The notes under the pieces: model-generated
The model's database searches: none
What the model saw: only the letters and a program-made list of their open reading frames with translations
Told to the model about the DNA's origin: nothing
Assembly (NCBI RefSeq): GCF_003704095.1
Contig: NW_020847100.1
Coordinates: 1-64,000, forward strand
DNA: 64,000 bases
DNA from: Pocillopora damicornis
Taxonomy: Eukaryota
Direction: 5' to 3'
Program-made: the position numbers and the translations under genes
Part shown: piece by piece, positions 39,049-52,624 of the stretch
How positions within the stretch are numbered: the stretch's first letter is position 1
Layout: every line of letters begins with the position of its first letter

Positions 39049-42000
39049 ATGTCAGGAGGAGGAAAGGATAGGCTGAACATTTTCCCCTCAAGAATGTAAG
39101 AAGAACAATCGAACTTACATTTCACAGTCTTTTTTGTGAAAGAATTAATAGAGAGAAGATGTTTGTTTCGTTATTTCTTTAGGGCCCTAACCTTGATGAA
39201 AGCTCGACTGAAAGGAGCTCAGAAAGGACACAGTCTTCTAAAAAAGAAATCCGACGCTTTGACGATGCGTTTCAGAAAAATTCTTAAAATGATCATAGAG
39301 GTAACTATTTAAAGCGATAATTGAGATGTTTGAGAATGCTGTCTAGAACAATAGTTTTATGATACTTATGACGCTTCCCTGTTTTACCACAGACCAAAAC
39401 TTTGATGGGTGATGTAATGCGAGAGGCTACTTTCTCTTTGGCCGAGGCAAATTTTGCTGCTGGGGATTTCAGGTAACAATTTCTAATGTGCCTTAATTCT
39501 TAGCAGGGTTAGAACTTCGTTACGTAATGAATTCAGGCTTTTTTGATAGTCGACTGTACCTTGATCATGTGATTCAGTTGCTATTTCGCCTTAACCCTTT
39601 AACCCTTTAACTCCCATGTTTGACCAAGACAGAATTTCTCCTAACAACATCAATACGGTATCAAGTAGACAAGTGATGAGAATAAAGAAAAATATTGATA
39701 AGGGGATTATTAGTTGATCTAATACCAAATTCTTGCAACTAACATCATAAGAACTTTATGGCAGACAGTAAGGAGAATTACTAATTAGATCTTGGGAGTT
39801 AAAGAGTTAACAACCATGAGTGACCAAGAATTTCTCCCTATTATATATATACAATATCATGCAGAAAAGTGATGAGAGTGTGAAAGTATTAATTATGGGA
39901 TTACTACTTGATCCAATACCAAATTGTCTAAACTAATGTAATGAGAATCCTTCAGCAGACAGTATGGGGAATTATGAAAGAGATCTTGGGAGTTATAGGG
40001 CTAATTGATTGGAATTAATTTTAATGCTCAGAGATGATTTCACAGTTAGCTTCTCCCTTTATAACCAATACATTGTGCAGGAAACAATTGACAAGAATGA
40101 AATGACTTATCCACTACCTAGGTATTATTATTTATTTTGATATCATTAATCAGTTGATAAGATTTCCTTTAAACCTTGTACTTCATTATACACACCGTAC
40201 TTGGATGAAATAAAGTGTTTAAAAATTGGCAAAACAGTAGATTACCTCTGGGACTACAGCTTTGATTTGGAATAGCCTGGGGTTATATAGAAGTCCTTCA
40301 GTTAATTTACCAAACTAATTTGTTTATAATTTAATCATAAGAGCAAGGATTTATCCTTTCCTTATGACATCTCCTCTCCATGTGCCTAGAATCTTGTGCA
40401 AAATTCGATACCATGTCTTATAAGCATAGCTACTTTCACTTTGCAGACTTAATAATTTTGTCATTGATTGAAGTGAATTTGAGCTTGTTTCTCTTTTTCT
40501 TTTATCCTAAAATCCCATGTCTTGCTTGTATTGGTACTCAGTCTGCCTATAGACTCTCATTTTGTGTCTTTTTTTTTTTTTTTTGAAAGAATGAAAATTT
40601 TCTTGTACCCTTTTAGTCTGTGATCCATGTTTTTAAGTGCCATCTTACCATTTCAGCTATGTAGTTTTGGAGAATGTTGACAAGGCTCAAACTAAGATTC
40701 GCCTCAGAAAAGACAATGTTGCAGGTAAAGTTTTCAATCACAATTATGTTTTTCAACAGCATGACTTAAAAGCTCACTCAAGTTTGCTCATGAAACCTTG
40801 CCTGAACCTCTCAGCTAATCTGCTGTGGTTCATGTTTTTCTCTTGTTTTACTCCTTTAAACCCTTAGTGTGACCAACATCTAATTTCTTCTTACAGTGAT
40901 ATTGCTGAATAATTCATGAAGATCAGAGAATAAAGGAGATAATCACCTTAGGAAATAAATAGAGAAAATCCTTACTGATGTTAGAGTGTAAAGGGCCATG
41001 TAGCATACATTTTCTTCTGAAAATGACAATGGGTAATTTAAATGCAGCTTATATTTTTCCTTTGTTCTAATTAAATTACCAATTGACAATTCATAAACAA
41101 GGAAAAAGAAAAATTAACAAATTGTCAGTGGCTTAGTGTGGTCTTTACTCTAATGTCAACAATGATATTTGTCATCAAAGTGGTCAAAATGTTGTGGACT
41201 CACGAGGCACAGCCAAGTGAGTTCACAACAAATGTTTATTTGTTTTTTTACCACAATATTGACATCAAATACAATGCTCTCATTATTGCATGACCAAGAT
41301 CATTGTTGTTGTCTGTAGTCTTATCAACAATGGCAAATTGGCCAGTTGGATTGCAACACTACTGCCAATTGTGGTGAAATAAATTGCATAATTCATATTA
41401 AATTCACATAATTATTTTTAATTAATGGTCCTAACTTTGAGATATGCACTGGTCATGTCCCAACTATTGTTAACTTTTATTGTTAGTGTTAGTAACTTTA
41501 TTTTTTATCTTTAAATTTAGGTGTCCAGTTGCCAATCTTTGAAACTTATGCAGATGGCGCCAATAGTAAGTTGGTCTCTACAGAAATCTACATTGCAGAA
41601 TTCTCCAGTCATGTCTGTAGGCCCTTTTTATTGCTGATTTTTCTCTTAAAATGTAGAATATGATGTGCCTAATGCATTTTTGTGGCTCACTAATAAGTAT
41701 TTTGGTCAGATGCCTTTTTTAACATACCCATAATAAGTGAAATTCAATATAAATTTTACTCAGTGACAGAACTACTGTACCAGCATGCTACCCTCTATGA
41801 CTTGCTTTTTTCTTAGCCCACAGTGGTGTGTAGTATTGTCATCTTGAAAAATATTCCTGCATCTCTTCTCACAGGTTATGAGTTGACTGGCTTATCACGT
41901 GGTGGTCAACAAGTTTCAAAATGCCAGGAAGTCTATGCAAAAGCTGTTAAACTACTTGTTGAGCTGGCTTCTTTACAGGTAAATGCCTCTCTTTATGTTC

Positions 42001-43710
42001 TAAAATTAATGTTATTTTGTCTCTTTTTGGTTATTCCTTTGTAATGTAGTATTAATATTAATAAATAATCAGAGGCGATTTTCCTTATGGAAGTCACTAT
42101 TTTTCCTGACTTTTCCTTACCAGTTCTCGAGAATTATCTCTCAGAACTGGACACTCTTATAGTTGAATTTAGATTGATATAGACTTTTTTGGAAAAACGT
42201 ACAAGTCATGTAACAGCTCATGCGTTTGTGAAAGTGCTGTTACATTTGAGCAAGTTACCACTCCATTGAAGAAAGAGTTCCAGCCTTGTGTATGGATTGG
42301 TGTTAAAAAAGGAAAGTACAAGACGCCCTAAACCCAATACAAAGCAAAATAATGAGTAAATTATGTCAGATGTCCAAAGTAACCCAATGTATTTCTTTTT
42401 TTCAGACTGCTTTCATTACTCTAGATGAAGCAATCAAAATCACAAACAGAAGAGTGAATGCTATTGAGTATGGTAAGAATTTAATTTTCTCTCCATTAAG
42501 ATCCTCAGCATTTCCTTTTTTTCAAACCTCTTTGAATGATGTGTTTTTTTGTTTGGTAAAAGTCTTAACTTAATATCTAATCTTTTTCAGTTATCATTCC
42601 CAAAATTGAAGCAACAATAACCTACATCATAGGGGAATTGGATGAAAGAGAGAGAGAAGAATTTTACAGGTATATACTTGCAAATGATTTCTCTAACCAA
42701 AGCAACAAAGATAATGAAAACCAGTTTGTGTCTATGAGAAATTTGTTAGTTGGCTGCTGTATGGGAAATTTTGAGGAGCATTTTGCAAGGACTGAGACAG
42801 TTTTATATGGATTGGGTCTTTACTTTGGTTCTGTCAATGAAGGGCATGTGATAGAGTTTTCTATTTCAGCTTAACAATTTTTTTTAAGTATTTTAAATTG
42901 AATGTGTAATTTATTTTACCATAGTTAGTTATAGGTACAGGTTGGTTCCAAATGTTCATATTATGTGTCACTTGTACTGTTATGTTCAATAAAATTGTCA
43001 TGCTTGTACTTTGTACAGGCTTAAGAAAATTCAGGAAAAGAAGAAGATTAATAAACAAAAGGCAGAAGCATTAAAGAAAGCTAAAGGAATAACTAATGGT
43101 GAGAAAATTTACAACAATTCTTAAAACACCTCATGCAAAGTACCTTTTGGTGCTACAGGCACCATACAAACAGCTTATTTACAAAATTTACACAACAAAC
43201 TAACATTACTGACAGATCAGAACTGGCCAATCATGACCAACCTACACTACTTGAGTCTTAAAGCCAGTAACATGACAGCAAAACTGACCAATTAGATTAA
43301 ACAAACCAAACTTATAACATTGGACCAACAACTGCTCTTTACTCAACTCTGCTAAGGTTTCAAGACATCAGTGAAGACTCTCAACAAATAACCTTCTCGG
43401 AACTAATCTCACTGGGGGGACAACACAACAGGATCAACTGATAGTAGTCACTGACAGAAGAATTGTATACTTATCTATAAGCAAAATCCACAACAATTTC
43501 TCTGATACCTGGAGGACATACTCCTAGTCCTTCACGAGGATCATCTTATAATCTGTCAACTGGAAAGAAAGAACAAGGGAACCTTGCTATGTGCATGAAC
43601 TATATTTGAACCTCTACAATGTGTCATACAATTTTTTTTTTCTTTTTGTGGCAGATCAAACAGCAAATCTACTTGACGATGCAGAGGATGAAGACCTTCT
43701 TTTTAAGTAG
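39049..43710 (+). CDS. ATP6V1D: V-type proton ATPase subunit D
   Basis: Ten exons running from [16 protein letters not shown] through [53 protein letters not shown] and [17 protein letters not shown] to DEDLLFK*. Confidence 0.97.
39591..40003. mobile_element. Tandem pair of ~210-bp piggyBac-type MITEs
   Basis: TTAA-CCCTTT...AAAG(A/G)G-TTAA ends. Related copies lie at 33135-33550 (tandem), 35716-35923, 46457-46873, 54227-54378, 55904-56114 and 23805-24152. Confidence 0.8.
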
Positions 43711-44897
43711 TGTCTATGAAATGATTCACAGTGCCTAAGAACCTGAATTTTATTGTAGCTGTGATGAATTACAAGTTAATTATTACAAGATTATTGTAAG
43801 TTGTACCTATATGTACACCGAACAGATGAGTGGAAGGGGAATCATCCTTCATTTTTATGATTGCATGAATCTTTGAAGAGGTAACTACATGTAATATAAT
43901 TTTACCAGGTTGTGTAATGATGGTGTGAATACAAATTTATAGTTTGAAGGAAAACATGTAGGAGTATGTGTGCCTCTCTATCTGCAACTACATGAAGTTG
44001 AATATGTCTAAAAAAAAGTGGAGTGGTTTAACCCTGTATCTTACTGATAACAACTGAGTATGAACAACGTACCATTTTCTTTTAAGTTGAAATATATGAT
44101 ATGTAATTAAAAAATAATGTTTCAATGTCAAAATAATTTAATTTTTTAATAGGCACCATTTTGGATTGCACTGTAGAATCCCACTACTGTAACTGCAATG
44201 TGGTTAACCCGTCCTCCTCCTGTTAACTCAAACAAGATCTGATTTCAGTTATGTACTATCACCTTACTGGAACCCCCATTAAATAGAACCATTTTTGTTT
44301 CCCTTGGGTGTTCAGATTAGCAGGTTCTACTATACTAGGTCATTATATTAAGGTTGTCACCATACTTTCAAGCTGTAGACAAAGTTCTCTTTCTTTCCTG
44401 ATTGGTTTCCTAAGAAAATCAAAGAGAACATTGCAATTTTATTTTGAAGACTAAGTCTTTTTCTCTTCTTTCTTTTTGTTTTGATATTTTACAACTTAAC
44501 AACTGTGGAAGTTTCCTTTCAGCTCCATCCTTTAAAAGTTCTTGTCAGTGTAAGGAAGTGACAGTCTTGTTGAAATTAATAGCCAAGTCAACTGTCTAAA
44601 GATTTGAGCAGAAAAATTGCTTTAATATTACTGGAATACACTATTAAGTTCAAAGCTTAAAAACTCCCCCCCCCCCCCCCCCCCCCCCACCACAGGGGCA
44701 GGTGGGGATTTGAGTATGAAGTGTCAAGTCTTTCCAGCAGAATATGAGAGTGTTTAAGTTACATAGTTCACTTTTGTGAGTGAATAGCTCAGAAGTAAAG
44801 GTGCTAGGCATTTGAACACAGTTTTTGCCCTGTGGAAGGGAATTTGAATAAACCAATTTTAATGCCTGTGGAAGGAGGACGTTGAAGCTTCTAACTG

Positions 44898-44899
44898 AT

Positions 44900-44931
<32 letters not shown>

Positions 44932-45145
44932 TTGTCTGTGGGAGAGTATAACAGGGTAATATAGTATTATCAACTGTGTTGATATCACAAACTGGCCATC
45001 ATAACAAATTACAGAGCAGAAGTTTGGAGCATTAGCCCTTCATCAGAGTGCAGGGCAAATGCTCAGCTAACCCTGAAAACATCAGCTCTGTAACTCTTTA
45101 CAAGGGCCAATTTACTTTATCACCTGAGTTGGTAATACTAATTTT
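44898..45145. mobile_element. Dispersed fold-back repeat with degenerate minimal-hammerhead core (Penelope/retrozyme-like)
   Basis: Shared blocks: aaagggggtaagtttctaaagaaactgtgg, gcccttcatcagag and ggccaatttac..tcaactcagt. Other copies lie at about 2965-3190, 7630-7835, 8056-8190, 10447-10630, 20843-21060 and 49400-49650. Confidence 0.75.
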
Positions 45146-46008
45146 AAAAAAAATACCCTTCAAATTGATAGAGGTATAACTAATAACTTCAATACATCAA
45201 TGTCCAAGTAAGAATTATCTCTACAAGAATGAGTCAGAGAACTAGACTAAGTGTGTTTTTCTCACTGTGTGTTTATTGAATTAAATGTAACACAATATCA
45301 CTTGTTCTGTTTCAGTCATTACAAACCCATTTCATGGGATTTCAATTATTCCATTTTCCTGTTATGTTTAACTTAGTAATACAATGTACTTATTACATTG
45401 TTTCTTACCATTCTAGGGGTTAAATGTAAGAAATCTGATGACAAAAAAAGTGTTATCAGAAATCTGTAAAATACAACCAATTAATTCAAAATACATCTAG
45501 TTTCATCATCATGTGTTTAAAAGACTTTGACTACAAAAAAGGACTGTGAGGAAGGTGATCAAGAACTTGTAAAAAAATAGAACAATGACACTTACATAAT
45601 AATTTTTGTTGTTGTTCAATAACATATGCAACCCAGTGACATTCTTTGCCAAAATAGCTTCATCTGTAATTAGTACTTATTGTAAAGTGTTGTATAATTC
45701 AGTAGCAGAGTGTTTTCATGGTTCTCTCGAGTTCCATAGCCATTCAGAAGGATTTCAAGATAAGTTTAGGTTTAGATCCGATCCAAAGGGTTTATATAGT
45801 AGTTTAGTGTTTATTTTCTTGGTGTTTCATCCAACCATCAACACCCTTTAAACAAATTTGCACCAGGGTTTTCTTGAAGTACCTCATCTCTGTGATATCT
45901 TCATCTGATGCAAAAAAAAGCAGGTAGCTGACAGTACCTGCAATAACTGTAGTAACCTATCATGGCTAACATGACTTACAATGTAGTATTGATCCATCTC
46001 AGTAACAC

Positions 46009-49000
46009 TCAGTCATCCTGAAAGATGAAATGTATAAGACACAGAATGTTTAATTGTATGTTTCATGCTTTTGTCTTTTTCACGACTTTACTGACTAGTA
46101 CAAGTAAAGGGAGCAGCTTAATACCATAAAAAGTAAATAATAATAACAGCAAAAAAGAATATCATCAACAAACCAATGAGATCTGCAATACTTTTTTAAC
46201 CTTAGGTTCAGAACTATCCACTGACCAATAACTACTAGGGACAGCTGTTCTTGAATCTTACAAAGAATAAAACTGCCAAAACTAACTGATAAGTATTTCA
46301 CAAACAAGTCGTGCACCATTTGACTCTGACAACTTTGACTCTGATGATGACTTCCAAGGATGACAAAAGTCCAGTCATAGCACCAATCCTTTTCAGGGAG
46401 GAAGAAGGAGGGGGGAATGGGGTACCTACATGCCACATGACCCACTACTGCTGCCTTTAACCCNNNNNNNNNNNNNNNNNNNNNNNNNNNNNNNNNNNNN
46501 NNNNNNNNNNNNNNNNNNNNNNNNNNNNNNNNNNNNNNNNNNNNNNNNNNNNNNNNNNNNNNNNNNNNNNNNNNNNNNNNNNNNNNNNNNNNNNNNNNNN
46601 NNNNNNNNNNNNNNNNNNNNNNNNNNNNNNNNNNNNNNNNNNNNNNNNNNNNNNNNNNNNNNNNNNNNNNNNNNNNNNNNNNNNNNNNNNNGAATTTAAT
46701 GTTCTAGCTGCTACACATTTCACTGTAAATTGGTTACAAGAATTTGGTGTTCAATCAAGGTAATATCTTGTACCTGATAAAGTTAAGCATTCTCACTACC
46801 TGTTTGCTGGATAATGTATAGATATTACAGGGAGAAGTTACATGTTAATCACTTCTAAGAGTTAAAGGGTTAAGTTTGATCATCCCAAGATTCTCAATCA
46901 TTAAAGCTGCTTGGGTTAAGATCACTCCTTCTGAAAGGGAGACTAGTTCACACCAGGTAACCCTTTCATTTTTAATCCCCTCTTTCAGATTGATCAGCAA
47001 TCCCCATTAGTACACCTGTCTTCCCTGAAGACACACACCATAATGAAGTAGCTAGGGCTCCAACCTTAACTTCCAATCTGATACTCACCCACTCATCATC
47101 CTCAGCACCATCTCCTTCATCTTGTGGAACATCTTGCTGTCCTTTGAAAGACATCACCTTGTCTGTCCAGGAGCTGCCTGCTCCTTCACCTCCAGTGTAA
47201 TTTGCAGCTGTTGCGCTACCTGCATTGTCAAGTTTGACTATAAACTCTGTCACGAGGAAGGAGAATTGAGAATACTTTCATTTCTGTCATAAGTAACATT
47301 GTCATATTGTAAACCAATTTGGTTTGGTTATAAAAGACTTGGTGTGACAATGCTGAAAGGAAAAAAACAAAAAAAAGGGGACATTGCTAAGGATAAGCTT
47401 TATACCATTTCTAAAGTATTTGTGGGTCTAATTTCTGATTGTGAACTTCAAGGTCACTATATACAGCTTTTTTTCAGTTGTCTTAAATTCTTAATTGATC
47501 TTCAGTTTGGTTGCACTGAATACATACAAAATGACAGTGATCTAAATTTTAAAGCATTAGACGATCCTTTGCCCAAATTGTGCAAAACAGCAGATACAAA
47601 AGTCAGGAGTTCATTGAGAGCTTTATGATGAACTGAGAAACTGGATTAAGTCTTGAGAATAAAATTATTAGGCAACTTCAGGTTTATTAAAAACATGACA
47701 GTAGTGTGCCTCTTGCTTCTAGTGTTTCATTACTTTGTACTGTAATTTGCTTTACATATGTTACATTTATCATGTTAATACTTAGTTTGGGTTTTGACTG
47801 ACAGCCATGTATGTTGCTGTGGGCCACATGCACCCAGATTAGGTGAGTTTGGAGAAGTTTTTTGGCAAGTTTGTATTGAAAAATAAAATTTTTTTGGTGA
47901 AGACAAGTGTAACTTGCAGACCAGTGAGTGATTTATTGTTGTGGGAGCAACAATAGTCAAAAAGACAAACCCAAACATAATCCATTCTGCAAATAATGTA
48001 AAATAGTGAGATTACCGATGAATGGACCTTCTCCTCTAGTCTTTAATCTGACGGGATCCCCTTGAAGTAGTTCCATTTTCTCAATGTCTTCCTCTGCACA
48101 CCAGAATGCTTGACTGATCACATTTCCAGTCTCTGGAAGTTTGTTTTCAGTCAGTCTGGTCAACTCTGTCACTGTTATCATTCTTTTTGCCTCAGCTGCA
48201 TCAATTTTATCAGAATCTGTGGAAGCAGATGTCTCTGGAAAAAAAATTTCTCAAATTTAGAAAAATAAATTGTTTTAGAATCAAAGTAAGGAGGGAAGAC
48301 TGTGGACTAATTTCTGATGAAAACAACTGCAGGTTAACCAGCTTTTCAAGAAGTCTGGAGAGCACTCAAGGGAAGTTGTAAGTTATGCCTCAATCAACTC
48401 TTACACTTCTCTTGTGCTCTCCAAACCTCCCAAGTGCATCCATACCTCAATACACACACAGTGAGCATGAACCAATTCCTATGTGCAATATTGCATACCA
48501 CAGAATCATTCCTGATCACAATACAAAAATTATCGATAGCGTCTTTGGATGAGGAGACAAACAACTGTACAAACCTCTAACTGTGTAGCTACAATAAACA
48601 AAACAGTTCTATTAAAAATAAAAAAAAAACTTACTGTAAGAAGACATTAGATAACCAGTGCTAACTTTCTTGTCCTTTCCATAGTTAGGGTCAATTTCCT
48701 TCCCGCTGAGGGAATCAAACTTCCTCTTCAGGGCTTTTGAGATCTCTATATGTAGCACTACATAGCGCCACTATATCGCAAATAAAAAGTTAGTTCATTG
48801 TGAAAATATATCGAATGCATTATTGGTAACCAATGGCTGAAGCAGAAATCAAAATTAAACATTAACAAAACGATACGATGATTAAATAGAAAATACCTTC
48901 TGAGAACCCGAGAAGGGATCTGATACGGTAAATCTTAGTCGGCCATATACCTTACCCTCTACTATAATGCCGCCAGTCCTTTTATAGAGAGACAGAAGGG

Positions 49001-49213
49001 AAAGTTATTATGAGTAAATCCAAACAACCACTGAAAGAGTGCCATGCTATGCATTATATGTCGCTGAGTTGGTGGAATGTTGCAATCTTTAAATTAAACA
49101 AACCTTTGCCAGCGAAATAACTCTTCCGGTTCCCAACGTTTTTCCCATCTAATTGGAGTAACAGGAATCGATTCCAACGGTCTGTTGTCGTAGAGCATAT
49201 GTGCACGAGTCAT
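46009..49213 (-). CDS. ARPIN: Arpin, Arp2/3 complex inhibitor
   Basis: Exons approx. 49213-49104, 48978-48897, 48770-48635, 48234-48016, 47245-47089 and 46017-46009. Motifs: RKFD...KVSTGYLMSSY, AFW, VRLKTRGEGPF, SWTD, and acidic tail GDGAEDDEW|DD*. An upstream in-frame ATG at 49306 is also possible. Confidence 0.93.
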
Positions 49214-50079
49214 TCTAATGTTGGAAATTTCTAATGCAATATAAATTTCAAGGTCAATTTTCCACAGGCGTTCAACTTCCTCACGAGAGCCTGGAAAAAT
49301 GTTCATTTGACGTCCGTCACGCCAGACCCTCCACGAAGGTCACGCAAAGGGAAAACACCGGTATGGTGTAGGAATCAACATGGTCAACAAACTTTAATCA
49401 GGGGGGTAAGTTTCCCAAGAAACTGTAATGCATCACTGGGGAAGTATATCAAGATAATTTGGCTATATGAACTGAGCTGATGACGTAAATTGGCCACTGG
49501 AAAGAGTTTATAATTAGGGTGATTTTTAGAGCCCATCGCCAGAGCGAATGAAGAAGGGCTTACGTTCGAGATGTCAGCCTTTGCAGAAACTCGTTACGAA
49601 GGCCATTAATTAATGGCCAATTTACATTATCAACTCAGTAAATAAAAACTTTAAAAAAATTTAAAAATTAAAAACTTTTAATCAAAAACAAATTTTGATT
49701 GGTTTTTACATGAGATCTATCAGATGACGTCACCACCGAAACCTTTTTTTTTTTCTTTTTTATACCGTAGATATTTAGCAAGAAGACCATATGTTGCTGG
49801 GCGTCTATTCAGAGTGATAAATCACAGTTGACGTCAAAATGTGGTCAGTCACGCACTTGTCACGCACTCGGCTGCGAAAATGTTTTTAGACTTCTGGCAA
49901 CCAATGGTCAACCGCGGGAGGTCAAGTAGATACAGAAATGCTCGATATCGGCATTGGAATGACGAGACTACACTGCACGAGGCACTGTCAGTTTGCGGAA
50001 CAAGCGTAACTTCTACGATCTGTTATCACTGTTGTTCCTGTAATAAAGGAGTGCACTCTCGTGTAACACGAGTACAAAG

Positions 50080-50345
50080 TTGTAACACGAATGCAAATTA
50101 CAAAAAGCGCGCGTGCGCTGCCAAAATTTCGTCTGTCCTGGACTATCTGTGCTGTTTTTCATGTAAATTATTAAAAGATACAAACATGATTGCGAGTGCA
50201 ATTTAGTGTAATAAACACTAGTAAATTTTTCAAATTTATAAATAGCGCGCGCGCTGCCAATATGTCGTCTGTCTTCATTTTCTAAGATGTTTTTTCATGC
50301 AAATTTTTATCAAGTAATAACATGAGTTCGAGTGCGATTTCTCTG
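50080..50345 (+). repeat. Two tandem ~140-bp units
   Basis: gcgcgcg..gctgccaa..tcgtctgtc...ttttcatg.aaatt...aacatga.t.cgagtgc occurs twice. Confidence 0.7.
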
Positions 50346-52624
50346 TCTCCTGAAGGAGAAACAGCTCTCCTCTTTATGTAGACTGAGGAACTTACGAAGC
50401 CCCAAACCACACACGCCGTCAAAAAGCGTATTTTTAGATAGCAAATAGAGAAGCTTGACTGCGAGATGTTCATCAATAAAGCCAATTTCTCAATTTATTA
50501 CAAACAGGTCACAAAAATAATTATACATTCCTTTCAAGAAGAAGCTTAAAATAATAACGAGACAGAAGAATAAATTATACATTAAATAGGATCTCTCTCC
50601 CCCCCCCCTTAAATACGATCCCTTGTCCTAACTCATATGTATTGAAAGTAATAAACTTGGAGCATGAAGGAAGCGCATTCCCAAAATTAATAATTTTAAT
50701 AGTTCAGTATGATTACCCGTATCTCAGCTTTACTATTGGCTAAAAAAAGTGCAGTTTTTTCGCTACATAGCTGGTACTTATTTAATAATAATTTAACATA
50801 TGCATATTTAGGCCAACAGTTTACTGGCACAACAAGCTTGACCACAGTATCCATTTCTTTACTGAGTACCTTTGACAAAACAAATTGTTTAAACTTCATC
50901 CAGGAATATCCCTTAGTGAGTCGTCGACCATTAATAACGATAAGATTATACAAACTCTTTATCCCATTTGCGGGATTTAACTAAAAATCATAATGTCTTC
51001 ATTAACTGATCCTTCCTAAAATTAGTAGCAACATATATAACCTGTCAATCAATAAGAAACATTATTTTCAATTGTTTCGGGTCCTAAAGTACGCGAGGTT
51101 TGTCTGATGTTGAATAAAAACAACTCCCCGACTTACCAAACTTGCCTTTACCAAACATCAAAATGTCTCTTTCATTCAAAAAGAATTTAAGTAAAAAGCT
51201 TCGATCTTATGTCAAATTCCTTAATATGATCACGTACTTTAGGGCCGTCAAGCATTAGAATAATTATCTTTTAATTGTTGTATGAAATTGTCCATAAATT
51301 AAATACCATTTCATTCAATAAAAAACAATTCCAAGATGCAATTGTCAAAATATTGCCCATGAACTCGAGCGATTATAAATTTGTGCTCAGTTATTTTAAA
51401 TTTTTACTCGAGAGTACAAAATTATTTTCAAACTAAGTTTAGCTTATCTCTCAGCAAAGTAAGAAAATATTCATCTTAATTTTTGCGTTAAAAAAGATAT
51501 TTTCAAATAAATGATTCCGTTAACAGCTGTATACAAAAATATACACTCTATGAGAAACCCCATATGGTTTCTACGTTTTGTACGATGCATAAATTATTGT
51601 GAAAATTTCCAAATAATTCTTCAAAAAAAAAAGTGCGAATTATTGACTGAAGACGCCAAAATTAAAAAAAAATTAAAAATTACATAGTTTCTTTCAGAAA
51701 TAGTATCGATCTGCGGCCTGAAAGAAAAACGCAGCGTGTCTCTTACTCGGCGACAAATATTTGCGTAAATCATTAAAACAAAAAGACATTTTGTGGTTTG
51801 ATTCAATTTCACTAAATTCAGAACAAACGCACTTAAAATGTTGAAAACTTTACTTTTAGCAAAATAAAGCGAAAGTGTTTCATTGCGTTATATTTAACAA
51901 TGCACATTAATTCCGTCAACTACGTGACTACTAAATGGCATAAAATACCAAATTCATTTCTCTATATCGCCAAAAGCGTGTTCAGTTGATAAGCACCTCT
52001 TGACGAATAAAAGGTCAATTTTTTAATGGTTCACTGGTTTTTAAAATCCAGTTATTTTCACTTTTTCCTCTTTCACTCACGAACGCCTCACCTCTCTATT
52101 TCTCTCCCCTTAGGATCGTTGGATCTAATATTCCACGATAATAAATTAGTGAAATGATAACACTTTAAGATACCAAACCGAAAAAATTAGCCATCGTAAA
52201 CATTTCTTAACATAATTTTAAGAGAATCTCGTCAAAATAATTCTAAATGATTGAAAGGGTCATAAACGCGGTTTGACCTCATTTTATGAATTAAATAGTC
52301 TTTAAACACACTAAATTTGTCAACTTAATAACCTTAAAATTCACTAGTATAGCATAACCCCTATCAAAACTACAGAGCGAAGGACTTCGATGTAAAAGCA
52401 CCCACGTCTTCGAGATTGGGCTGTAGATTTCCGGCTCAAAATTTTATAAATTATTTCACTACCACAGGATTCCTCAAACTAGATTCGTGGCAAATTGACA
52501 CTAGATATTAAGTTTCTCCGAGAAAATTTCATACTTCAGCTCAAAGATGGCTGCAGTACTTATACTAGAATCTTACTTACAATATTTACGAACAAATTAG
52601 CAACTTTGGTCACAGAAAAAATTG

